A stretch of DNA of 45,569 nt from assembly GCA_023231475.1 (NCBI GenBank), contig JALJEE010000098.1, positions 1-45,569 of the forward strand. The letters run 5' to 3'. The notes under the pieces were generated by a model, which saw only the letters and a list, made by a program, of their open reading frames with translations, was not told the DNA's origin and ran no database searches. The position numbers were made by a program, and so were the translations under genes. How positions within the stretch are numbered: position 1 is the stretch's first letter; each line of letters starts with the position of its first letter. This stretch comes from Seison nebaliae (Eukaryota). Below, one piece after another: positions 14,401-26,788 of this stretch.

Positions 14401-17393
14401 TGAATACTTTTCTCGGAATCGTTTTTTCTGTACTTTGGTGAAGTTATGTCGGGGAAAAATGATTAGCTCCATCGAAAAAAGAAAGAACTACTCCATTTGC
14501 AGTTGTGAGTATTCGGTACGTGTTAGAGTTGGTAGGAGAATTGAAATTTTAAGGGAAATAATAATAATAGAAAGTTGATGGAACAGAAGAAAGAAAATAT
14601 ATGTAATCGTTCGATTTTGCTTTATTCCATTCCATTCGACCAAAGACATCACGTCGTTGTTAATAAAGAATTTGGATACGTGCAAAAACTAGTGTATAGT
14701 GCATCAAGAAGAGAGCCCTACACAAAGTAACATTTCGTCCCGATATATCTTTCTCCCATATACACTTTCCTCCACAATGAGCATCTGGTACTGAATAGTA
14801 GTATGTCGCTGTAAATTGTTGGGGATTTGGGGAGGAAAATGTAGCGGGGACAACTTAACAGACAAAGAAGAGAGAATGATATTGGAACCGTTCGTTAGTT
14901 CCATAGAGAATATGCAGAGAATATTTCCTTCTATCCATCCAAGATAGATAGAAATTTCTTCTTAGGCAAAATATAATTCTCTACTTTCCTTCTTTTTGTT
15001 CCCGTTGGGGTGAAAAGAGAGGACGTGCAGATATAGCGAAATTTATCTGCCAATTTTCTACTTTTTATTTACTCGGTAAACATGAATGGTGCGAAAATAT
15101 TGCATTATGCAGAAGATGACGCTGCTAACGGCCAATCAGTCAAAGACGACATTAACATACACTTCGGGATGGGATAGAGGTAGAACGAGCAAAATGTAGA
15201 CTTTACACTTTGGTCTGCTCTTTTTATGATTTGGAAGTGAATGAACTTCCATTACATTCTGCCAATAATACTTCTCAACTGACGAGAACCATTCCACTAA
15301 TGTGGCAGTGCGAAAGAAAATATGAGTACAAAATAGAAATTTCATAATATTCGAATTTTTAATTGACACATAAATATTTTGTTTTTGATGAGGAAATTAA
15401 TTAATTACTTCTTCTTCTTACTACTTCTTACATGAAAGCTGATGGTATTGACAGGAAATTAGTATTGGAGAATGAACTTTTAAAGCAAAAGTTCTTGATG
15501 GAATTAATGATGGAATGCTATCGCGAGTAAAAGGTGAACGTGACTCCAAAAAAATAATGAAGTTCTATTTCCTATTACTTTATTCGAGAAACTGATGATA
15601 GTATTATATTACTCACGCAGTTATCTGTTTCATTAAAATGAAGTCTTTTCACTACTACCACCACCACCATCATTCAAATTCTATCTACGTCGGCTACTAA
15701 TCCGCATCAGTTTCGATGTCTTGTTAATAACCGGAAATTCATAACTATTTTCTCATTCGATTGTATCGTTGGAAGTGCAACCGCTAAATCAATATAATAG
15801 CGGTAGCACTTTCACACCGACATTTATTAATTTTATGTGAATTCAATCGAATATGTCTACCACAATTGCCATTCTTGTCCTTTTCCCAATGGCTCGACTA
15901 GTTGCCAATCCTCTATTGATACAATTCTCCTCGTAGAATGATGAATTGATATGCTAAGACTTACTTGACTTATTTCTGAGGAGGTGTCAAACTGATCAAA
16001 TTAGAATAAGTCCAGAATTCAAATCAATTCCAATTAAAAATGATCATTAGAAGATTTCTCGTCAGTTAAACGAATAAATTGGGAGGAATAACTTAATGGA
16101 GAGAAATAAGTTGAAACATTAATTTCCGATAGTTCAAATTGTCCAATTTTCGGTTGAGATTGAGAGAATTAGAAAGAAAGTGTATAATAGAGAATAAGAG
16201 TCGAAAGAATATCTAATTGTCGTTCAATTTGTTGGTAGTGTTCCATAATCATGTTAATTATAATCGTCGATTGTTGTCGGGCAGTTGTGTAAATAAACGA
16301 GGATAATTTGATGAGTATAGAACTCTCTCATACAGAATTGGGTGTTATGATGACTTCGGTGTGGATTAGGTGTCATCGTCATTATTTCGTATTCTAATGA
16401 TGTTGATTTCATTTTGGAAGAAGAGGATTGTTCAATTCGTTGACGACGAATCCTTTTAACAAGTTCTTCCCAAAAGTTTCATAGTAATTTCGATGTATAA
16501 TGATGAGAATAATTTATGGGAGGAAGAAATAAATGAGTGAAGAGAAAAGACGAAACGGTAACAAAAACAAATGGAAGAGAAAATAGAAAATAGTCAAATA
16601 ACTTTATGTCCAGTTTTTTCCTGTCTTCAAATTCCCGAACGAAAATGGAATGTAAAACTAATCGAACACGAAAGGTGGAGAGGGATTATTCAAATAAGCA
16701 CTGAAACAAGAGCATCAAATAACATCATGACCATTCTGATACCATTCCCTCCTCATCGCCACCACCACCACCCTCCATCAACTAGTGAACTGACGTATTA
16801 GTGATAAAATATGTTGCATCATTTTACATCATCAAACTCGAGAAATTCGGTGGAAGGAATGACAATGTTTTGTGTTCATAATTCACTTTAGTCCATCCAA
16901 CGACGTAACATTAAAGTTTTTCGGTAATATTTGTTTTGTGAATTAAGTTCAAGCTGAAAGATTATCACTTCGAGAAGCTCTTCGCAGTTTCTCTTTTGTA
17001 TGGCAATCGATTGATTCTTTCCTTTCTAATTGTGTTAAGTTACTTCACATGAAATCATACCAACTCTCATCGACATATCGGCTACGTAACTCTCCTTCAT
17101 TCGTCTTCTCTTTAATTCAATTATATTCAACTAATTCAATTCTAATAAACTACATCAATTTAATTAGTTAAGTAAATTCTATAAATTTAATTAAGGTGAA
17201 AAAATTGGGAAAAAATTAAATTAATTAAATTGAATTAATCAAATAAAATAATTTAGATAATTGAATTTGGAGAAGAAGTTCTGTTAAAAATCCCAAAACT
17301 TTCTTTCCTTCAATTTCCCAATATGAATTTGAGAAAAATTTAAATTAGAAGTTTTCATTTATAATTAAACATTCAAAATATTATCCACCTAAA
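8446..17393. promoter_or_regulatory. ~9 kb gene-free region upstream of FoxA, probable cis-regulatory region
   Basis: No ORF with recognisable homology, whereas other intergenic gaps in the window are 2 bp to ~3 kb. Forkhead-type RTAAACA/TGTTTAY motifs occur near 9601, 12732 and 14269. Function is inferred only. Confidence 0.45.
9475..9494 (+). repeat. (AG)10 microsatellite ~1 kb upstream of the FoxA ATG
   Basis: Seen directly in the sequence. Confidence 0.9.
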
Positions 17394-18502
17394 ATGAGCA
17401 AATTTAAAATCGGTTTAATTCAATTATCAGTCAATTCATTGAAACAGAAGAATTTGGAACGAGCACAAATATTAATTGAAGATCTCCATCAGAAAGGTGC
17501 CGATATCGTTTGTTTGCCAGTTCCGAACAATATTTGTATTTTTAAGCATCATAAATATATTTTCAGGAATGTTTCAATTCACCATATGGAATCCAATATT
17601 TTAAGGAGTATGCTGAGAACGAACGAACTGGAGAGACTGTAAAATTTCTCTCAAATTTGAGTGAAAAATTGAAAATTTTCATTGTTGGTGGAAGTATACC
17701 GGAAGAAGATAACGGTAACTATTTTAATACATGTTTCGTTTTCGATAAAGATGGAATGATAATAGGAAAACATCGGAAAGTTTATTTATCAATTTTAATA
17801 GTACTATAATTCATTTAATTTCACTTCAATTTCATTGAATTTAGGTTCATTTATTCGATATCGACATTAAAGGCAAAATGACATTTAAAGAAAGTTCTGT
17901 CTTATCACCAGGAAATCATCTCACCACATTCTCCACACGTTATAATTTCTTCAAAAATTTATTAATTTATAATAATAATTCCCATTTTATATTGATACTT
18001 TTCAAGCTTTCTGTAAGTTCGGTTTAGGTATTTGTTATGATATTCGGTTTCCGGACTTAGCACGATCTTATCAAAATGAGGGATGTCAATGTCTTCTTTA
18101 TCCAGCCGCGTTCAATCCAGTCACTGGGCCGTTACATTGGAAATTATTAGGACGAAGTACTTCAGTAACAAATCAACTCTTCACATGTTTAATTGCACCG
18201 GCAACAAACGAAAATCCAAAAGAGAACGAATATATCAGTTATGGACATACAATGGCAATTGATCCGATGTTAGAGAGGTTTTTATAAGTTCGAATGTAAA
18301 TTTTATTTAGGTCGAGAATTATTAGTGAGTTAAATGGGAAGGAAGATAGTTTACTCGTCGAAATCGGTTAGAATTTAAATTTATGATCAAAAATCGAAAA
18401 TTCAAATTTTATATTTTTTTGAAAGATTTGAAAGAGATTGATATTGCAAGACAAAGTATTCCAATAATGAAACAGAGGAGAAATGATGTTTATAAGAAAT
18501 AG
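17394..18502 (+). CDS. NIT2: Omega-amidase NIT2 (nitrilase family), 6 exons
   Basis: Introns 17520-17566, 17780-17844, 17939-18006, 18269-18310 and 18367-18425 give [33 protein letters not shown] (E-K-C triad), [14 protein letters not shown] and a C-terminal [15 protein letters not shown]. Confidence 0.93.
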
Positions 18503-18504
18503 AA

Positions 18505-19558
18505 TCAATAGAATAATAAAGGATTGATATGAGATGAAAGAATGAAAATGTATTCATAAAATTTAGTAGAATATTGATGATCGATTCCTAAGTAATTATT
18601 AATATTCTTTACAATTCCAACAAATAAATTTGCTGTATATTGATCATTTATCGATGCATAACATGACGCCGCCACATTGTTAACGATAATCGTTCCATCA
18701 TCTGTCAAAGGAGCATAAACACCTTCTGTTTCAACATAATCAATTGAGACGATATTGGTCAATTCCAATTTATTATTAATTTTAATCGATAATTGATCAG
18801 TCGATTTGACCGAATAAGCTTTTACGAATTCCTCGTTATTGATCAATAATAAATGATCTTTCGACACAATTAACGGTTCCGTTGAATTGGACAATATAAA
18901 TTTTAACATCCCTAAAATTGGAATAAAAATGAAATTGAGAGGAAAATTCCAAATTTTAAATTTAACATGAAATCTCATCATCATTCTTATGTAACCATTG
19001 AATGAAAGGAGAATATCGAATATTCTGCTCCACATCAAACGATTCGATCAGATAATTTTTATTTAATTTCTCAACAGCAATTTCTCCATATTCTCCGTCC
19101 ATTCGATTTTGTACTCGGATCCTGGAATTTTTAGGAAAGCATTTTTTCGGTACTAAAATTAAAATTTTCAAATTTTCAAATTCGATTCCAAAAACTAAAT
19201 TTATTAACGAATGAAACATTTCTTTCCCGTACAACAATTCAATATGATGAGAGAAACTTCATCAATGACACCTGCTGCGAACTATATAAGAAATTTCTTG
19301 GAAGATGTTGAATTGAATAATAACTCGACTTAAAGATTCATTGCAACCACGAAACGATTCACTAATGCAGGAAATTTGATCAGTGTAATCGATACATATA
19401 TCTTTGATACTAGCTGCTGGTGTTCCTAACAGAATTGTTGGTAATTGAACTTTTATACACTTCGCTAATTTCTGTAATGCATCGTCATCAGAAAAAGGAC
19501 ATTGCCCTTCGACGACGAGAAAGAATATAAAAGAAAAAAAAAATAATTTAATCAACAT
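18505..19558 (-). CDS. Secreted hedgehog-related Hog (Hint plus SRR-like tail) protein with a Cys-rich N-terminal domain, 4 exons, 299 aa
   Basis: Exons 19558-19325, 19281-19209, 19152-18967 and 18911-18505 splice in frame. The protein has a signal peptide (MLIKLFFFSFIFFLVVEG), an 8-Cys domain and Hint motifs CFPKNSRI, YSPFIQWLHK, LIVSKDHLLL and GVYAPLTDDGTIIVNNVAASCYA. Confidence 0.9.
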
Positions 19559-20141
19559 TTTTTTTCATGATAAAATTTATTTTCTTTTACCTTTTATAAG
19601 TGGAAACGAACAATATTGAACTGGATTTGAAGTTATGTAATTGGAAGGAAAACATTGAAATATGAGAAGGTTTAACTGACTTTCTACGAAAAAGAATTTC
19701 AAAGAATTTCCCAATTCATCGACAATGAAAAAGAAGAATTTGATAATTAACAAATATTTATTCTGTATAGAATTTGAACGATCATTTTAAATAAACAATA
19801 TAACAATTATGAATAAAATATAAATGTTTTGTTCGATATGAAGATTTTAAATAAAATAAAGATCATTCGAATTCTCAATAAGAGGTAATTGAATTGAATT
19901 TAATTCAGGAATTGTTTCATTTTCTTATAAATCTCTTGAAATTTCTCTCCATCAAATGTGACTTTTGAATAGAATACACACAAATACACATACACACACA
20001 CACACATTTATCTTCGATGTTGAATTGATTGAAGATGTGAGGATTATCGGTATGATTTGTAAAATGTTTTTATCTGCTTTTTCTCTCATCCTCCAACTAC
20101 ATCCACGTTTCTCTTTTCCTCCTTCTCATCATCCTCCTCAA

Positions 20142-20772
20142 TTATGTTTCGAAGAGTTTTTTAAACTCGCCACTTCTTTCCAATAATTTCAATTCGTCAT
20201 AACTTCCAACGAATTCACCATCAATAAATATCTGAGGTATCTAAATGAGAATTATTTCAATCATTTAAAAAAAAATGAAAGTAAACCGATTTGGAATTAC
20301 TAATCGATTCGAGGGTCGTTTGAATTTGCTTAGCAAATGGTCGATATTCTTTCTGATCAATATCGACAACTTTTATTTGATCTTGGAAACTGTCAACAAC
20401 GTCAGTAGAAATGTTATAAAGCATCTGATAAAAATACTTGTATATAAGTCGTTTGCATTTTTGTGATAAAGGACAGAAAGTTCTTGAGAAGATGACAAAT
20501 CGATGTTTCCCAATCATCTCTCGGATCAGTTCGTTCGTTACATTGAGCACTGCTGTGCTACCATTATTGATGGTTAGAGAAACGGGACCAATTGACTTTC
20601 TACCAGATGAATCTTTTAAAAATTCAGATGCTAAAAGATCATCGATTTTATAAGAAACTGGATTATAATTCGTTTTAAATTTTCCTGTGAATGACGTTTG
20701 CGCAGAACTTGTGCGTCCAGAATGAGTCATTGATGCTCGGATAAAACGATGACTTCGTAACAATGCTCGCAT
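20142..20772 (-). CDS. Glutaredoxin, monothiol CPLS type, probable mitochondrial presequence; 2 exons (intron 20286-20241)
   Basis: VIFSRTFCPLSQKCK active-site region. The spliced C-terminus is SIPQIFIDGEFVGSYDEL. The N-terminus MRALLRSHRFIRASMTHSGRTSS is R/S-rich with no acidic residues. An upstream exon cannot be excluded. Confidence 0.8.
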
Positions 20773-21995
20773 AGTCTTACTAGAAATTGGGTGAATAAGA
20801 ACAGAAAAGAATTAAGTCAGAAACGATACACTTATTGATTATTACACTTCAATCAAACTAATGTTTTCAACAAAATTTGCATAAAATGAAAATTTGTTTA
20901 TTTTTTATCTCCTTCAAAAACACACACACTTTTTATCCTAGTTTCCTTCAGAAATATTTATGTCAAATCTTGTCAGTGACAGATGTGATTTTTTCTTTTT
21001 TTCCTTCCAAATTTTATTGTTCATGAAAACAATATTTTCCCACAAAAATATTTTCACTAATATTTTGTACTATAAATAATGTGAATTATATTTGAATTTT
21101 ATTATTTTTCTTCCAATTAATAATTTCACATTCAAATAAAACTTTCACACCGAAAAAAAACAAATAACTTTCATTCTCTTTCAAATTCGAATCTCTTTCT
21201 GTAAAAACAAATGACACGTCATCAACTTTTACAGATTTTCTGGAGATTGAATTTGGGGGAGAGATGATAATAATAGGAATAAGAATATACATCAACAACT
21301 TAATTTCATTAGAAGTAATTAAAATAAGAACTAACTTTGAAAGTTTGGGGATGAATAAGATTGAATGAATTTATTACGAATAATATGACTTTGAGTTGAT
21401 TCGTATAACAAATGGAATCGAATAAAATGTAACAATTGATTAGAAGAAAAAGAAAATTTCGACTGTGCAATTACTCAACAATCTTACTCTATTTATAGAT
21501 CTCACTAATGATGGTGAAATACTTCTATCTATTTTGCAAAATATTTCAAACGTTTTCTTTAGTCAGCACTTTCTTCAAACGACACACTTCCTATTGCAAT
21601 TTCCACATTTAATAAAAAAAATTCAAATTGTCTGAATAAAATTTTAAAAAAATTACTATGAAAAAAAAGTAAATTCAAATTTTAAGCTAATTTTAGAGAT
21701 TTCAAATTTTCGGATTTTTTTCAAAATTTTTATAATTTATATAATTACTAAGTTTCAACACACCGCTTATTATTCGTTTTGAGTGAAAGTTATTTTAATT
21801 TGAAATACTGATCTGCGATCAGATAAAATTCATGTTTACTGACCTTTACATTTATCATATTGATGGTGTTATCATCAAAAATTTGAAATTTTTATCAAAA
21901 ATCTTAAAATGTTTTTTCGCCAATTTATTTGAAAATTTCGTCATTTGATTTATGACTGACTTTCTTCTCTTTCTTCAGTTCTTCATTCACTTAAG

Positions 21996-23021
21996 ATGAA
22001 TATCATCACAAAGATTTGTCGACGATGTTTAACGACGAATTCCTTGTCTTATGGTGATTATTCACATGCATTGACATGTTCGACTGTGACTGATACGTTG
22101 CCGAAATTAGCTCAACGTTTGCCCTCCCAAGAAAATAAGGTTGTCGATTTAGAGAAAGCGAGGAAAGAACATGAGGGATATAAAAGAGTTTTGGAGAGTG
22201 TGGGAATTAAACTCATCGAACTTCCAGCAAATAAAGAATTTCCCGACGGAATATTTGTGGAAGACACTGCAATCGCTTGTCATAACACAATAATGATTAC
22301 ACGTCCTGGACATCAAACGAGAAGGAATGAAGTGAAGAAAGTTGAGAAAATTCTGAAAGAAGCAACAAAAAATTTGAAAGTTTTTTTTATTTAAATAGAA
22401 ATTAAATTATTTTTTTAAAAAATTTAAAATTTTCTTTAGACAAAATTCGATATAATCCCAATACCGGAATCCGTCGGAGCAACGATCGATGGTGGTGATG
22501 TCTGTTTTACAGGAAAGGAATTTCTGGTAGGTCAATCGTCACGAACAAATAAGGCGGCAGCAGATTTTATGAGAACGATTTTCAAACCATTTCCCGTCAC
22601 CACCATCCAAGTTCATGGAACTTTGCATCTGAAAACGGTGATGTCATCGGGTGGTCCAAATACGGTATTTTGGGGCGGAAGTGAAATATCGAATGAGATG
22701 TTGAAAGAAGCTAAATCGAAATCGAAATATTTGAAAGATTTCGATATAGTTCAAGTTTTGAATTTTCCCAAAATGTTTGATATAATTTTATTTTTGAAGG
22801 TTCCTGATGATTTGGCAGCTAATGTTCTGTATGTGAATGGTCATTTAATTCATGCTCCAGCTACTTCCTATCCGGAGAGTATAAATGTCATCGAGGATTA
22901 TGGACGAGATCAATTGGCGAGGAATTATTATAAGAAAATTCATTCGAGTCAAAATTCTCAATTTGAAATTGTTGATGGTAGTTTAACATGTCGGAGTGTT
23001 TTCCTTCAATTACATCAATGA
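21996..23021 (+). CDS. DDAH: Dimethylarginine dimethylaminohydrolase (DDAH), 3 exons
   Basis: Motifs FPDGIFVEDTA, ITRPGHQTRRNEV, IDGGDVCFTGKEFLVGQSSRTN, LHLKT and DGSLTCRSV (catalytic Cys). Introns 22380-22439 and 22755-22799. Confidence 0.92.
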
Positions 23022-23973
23022 AATTAATTCAAATATTTTCTCTCACTCTCTCATTACTAGTTCACTCATGTCAGTTATTCGTTTGTTTTGTTTTCCTGTT
23101 CATCTTTTTCCGACAGGACAACCTGAATTTGTTGATTTGGAAGAAGATTAATTTTTTTCTGTTTAATAATAATTAAAAGATTATCAATTAATCAGTCAAT
23201 GAGTAATAAGAGAATAGTCAATTTTTAAAAAGGAGAATAACAAATTGAAAACAAAAGATGGTTATTTTGCTTGAGAAATAATTCCTTGTTAACGAGTCAA
23301 AAAAAGAGAATCTCCGAGAGAAAATTAATGATGGATGAACGTAACAAAAAATAAGTCAAATGTCAACTTCCCAAAGGAGAAAAATATATATATGTGTCAC
23401 TTCCATACTATACAATATATCGAAACAATAATACTATTGAATTCCATTAGTTTTTTTGATTGAAAAGAAAAATAATTAATCTTCCCTTCAAATTTGAAGA
23501 GGGAAAGAAGAGGAGCAGAAACAGTATTCTTACTATTTTCTTCGATTTGCATAAATAAATTTCCGTGACGATAAAAATCGATCGATCGGTTGGTTAGGAG
23601 AGCAAAAAGAAAAATAAGTGAATGAATGAAGGATGTGAAAGTTTAACAGATTTCAAGTCAAAAAAAAGTCGAATGTAAAATATTTTGTTTAAAGTAAGTC
23701 ACCGTCGAGAAGTTAAGTAAAAAGAATTTGGTCAATTGAAAAGTGGTCAAGTTCGTATCGATGTTGTTTGGAGGAGATTCGAAGTTGTGTTGCACTCGTT
23801 CTTTCAATCTCTAAGAAACATGTTGTGGGCGAATAATACGATTGTTCTCTTGATGTCAGGAAGATGCGCTGTGAATTGATGATCGTAATTTTAGTTGTTT
23901 GTGGAAAAAGAATAATAAGAAGAATAATTCTCTAATTTGTTGTTTTTGGTATCAGATGGAGAAATGAGATTTT

Positions 23974-26049
23974 TTAATTGTTTGTTTGTCCGTCAGTTTT
24001 TTGTGCATTCGCTCTAATATCGTCATAAATGTTCATTGTCTCGTCGACATATGCTCGTTGTAAGTCTTCTTTCGATGCCATATCGATTTGACCACTTGAT
24101 ATTTTATTCGATAATCGATCAGTCACTTGATTATGCATAAAATTCAAAAATATATTATTGTTTCTGATGAGAGGATCTTCGTTACCATCATAAACTGGTT
24201 TGTTCGCCATTGTTTGTGCATTGATTTGTTGCTGTAGAATTTCCATCATATTATTCTGCACTAATTGTTGCATGATAGCACGGAAGTTTTGTTCTACTTC
24301 ACGTTTAACTGTCGGATCGAATTCCTGAATATCATCCGGCGTTCCACCAATATATGAATCGGAAGACAAAACTGGCATTTGTGTCGTCATGTCAAAATTA
24401 AAATCTTGAGCGTCAAGATTGGCGAACATCGTGTCACCTTCAGGAGCTTGTGGATTGATATGATTATTTGTTATTTGTAAACTAATTCGAGCGATATCAC
24501 GATTTTGATGTGTTTGGAGACTTTCGATTAATTCGATTCCTTTCGATTGTTCGATCATATCGAGAACGGAACGTAATTCTTCCGGATCTTCTCTCACCAC
24601 ATTCAAGATATGGAAAAGAGCGTCTAATACCACCTTCACTACTTGATTGTCTTGATTGGTCAATAAAGCACATAATGGTGGAATGGCATTAGTACTGACA
24701 ACATATCGAATCTAAAACGGAAAATTAATATGAATTAATTTATGAAATTTTAGATAAATAAATAAAAAAATTTAAATAACTTGTTCGGGACTTCCATTGA
24801 CTGTGACGTTCGATACACACCAAGCGCCTTCTTTCTTCGTGGCGAAATCGGCTTTGTCTAAAAATTCGATAACTTTGTCCAACAATTTTGCATCAATAAC
24901 TTGTTGGATTTGATGTTTTGTTCCGGCCGTTATATTCGACAAAAACCAAACAGTTTCCTTCAAAATTTTATCCGATTTAATTTCCAATAATTGACTGAGA
25001 TATGGAAGAACGCCAGTTTCTAATACACGTTCCGTTTGTTCATCAGATCCTGTGACAATATTTCCAACTGCTCGAATTGCTGCAGTTTGAACTTTCACTT
25101 CGCCATTTCCCAATAACGGTACTAATGACGGTAAAACGGCACTGTCTAAAACGGCCTCGATATATTTCTCTCCAGCGTCAGCGATATATGAAACGGCCCA
25201 AACTGAATCCACTTGAATATTTTTATCTGGATAAGTTATCAATTTTTGGAGTCCTGGCAAAATTGCTTCGACCGTTTCTAATTTTACTGATGGTTGTTTA
25301 CTTCGTACCAGATTGACGAGAACCCAAGTCACATTTCTTAAGAATCGTATTGGAATATCAAATCGAACAAATCTTAATAATGGTTCGATTAAGCCTAAAC
25401 TTATGACGTAATCTCGACATGCAGCACCATCACCGATGATATTTCCTAACGCCCAAACTGCTTGTTCACAAACCGTTTGTGTTGGTGAATCTAATAATCT
25501 TAAGAAATGTGGAACAGCACCAGCTGTGACAACTTCTTGTGTTTGTTCCGTGTTTCCTGAAGCGATATTAGTGAGTGCCCATGCCGCTTCAAATTGAAGA
25601 GTTGCGTCATTGTTCGGTCCGAGACAATCCACAAGAATTGGTAACATTCCACTCGATATTAATTCATTAATAGGTGGCGTTTGATCTCTTGAGAGAATTT
25701 TTCTTGCTCCTTGAACTGCTGCTAATCGGATTTTTGGATTAGGCGATTGACACATTTCCACAATTTGCAAAATTGTCAATTGTGGGGCGGCAGTGCCGTC
25801 GCCACTAGTTTGTTGCGGGAAACCACTTTGATTGTTATCTAATTGATTGTCTCCCATTTCTGAACGGAAATTAGCACATCGAATTTTATTTCTCGTTTCA
25901 TCTCGTTTATTCTTACGAAGTTCAATCGCTCGAAATTGACGTTCCTTTCTCGTATCGGCGTTCGACTTCTCCTGCACTCGATACATACTACTTCGATTCA
26001 TGGCGGAGGAAACGCCGTTTTGCATCACATTCCCATCGTTACTCATCAT
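23974..26049 (-). CDS. KPNA3/4: Importin subunit alpha (alpha3; KPNA3/4 class), 2 exons (intron 24780-24712), ~668 aa
   Basis: IBB-like ELRKNKRDE and ARM repeats LQFEAAWALTNIASG, CEQAVWALGNIIGDG, FLRNVTWVLVNL and KETVWFLSNIT. Exon 2 continues IRYVVSTNAIPPLCALL...IESLQTHQN. Confidence 0.95.
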
Positions 26050-26788
26050 TCAAAACAATAATCTCTCTACTTAAGAAAATGAAAAGAAATTGAAATGAAT
26101 AACTGACAATAATTCAATCATTTGTTTATTAGGATAACAATCAATTCTATCTTGTCGAATAATTTACATGTAACTCACGAAACACACACTTATGAACACA
26201 CTATGCACATTTTATTACATGTTACACCATTCATATCCACCAATTATTCAATATTTGTAATATAATATCCTATTTCTTCCACACACACACACATTATATA
26301 GACAAAGAATAATTATTAATTATTCTTCTCAAAAATTAGTTAAGCGTTCAATTCTATTATCATTCCTTCACATCATATCAACAATATCCAAATTCTGTTT
26401 TTTCAACTTTCAGGCTTCACTCATTTCCATCATTATGGAACTCATTTTCATTGAAAGTATGGTTCAATCAACTATTAAATTCCTTAATAACTTTTATAAT
26501 ACAATTTGAAACTTTGAAAATTAAAAACTTTAAATTTTAAGCTCAACCAAAATGAATTCCTTCCGTCAAATTTCGTTTCTGTGAAATAAGTGAAGGAAAT
26601 GTTAGAAAGATGTTGTTGATAAGAAAATGCTAATTAATTGTTCCCAATTTGAATAATTTTAAGTTATTCTTTCCTCTTAATTATCATGTGATTAAATTAT
26701 TTATCTATGACTGAATGATTTTAATTAATTTTAATAAATTAATTTTTAAATTTTAAATTTTTTCTTCACTAAAATTTCATCAATTTTA

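Noticed and set aside
16646..16665. TGGAATGTAAA resembling the 5' end of miR-1
   Set aside because: The match stops after 11 nt and I see no hairpin partner.
8973..16801. Numerous 60-80 aa ORFs
   Set aside because: Composition reflects AT-rich non-coding DNA, with no motifs and no consistent splice chain.
18505..19141. Calling the Hint gene true hedgehog or a mobile intein
   Set aside because: There is no Hedge signalling domain, no homing endonuclease and no intein C-terminal HN motif.
21086..21298. 70-aa ORF as a first exon of the glutaredoxin
   Set aside because: No convincing in-frame splice was identified, and the ATG at 20772 already gives a plausible presequence.
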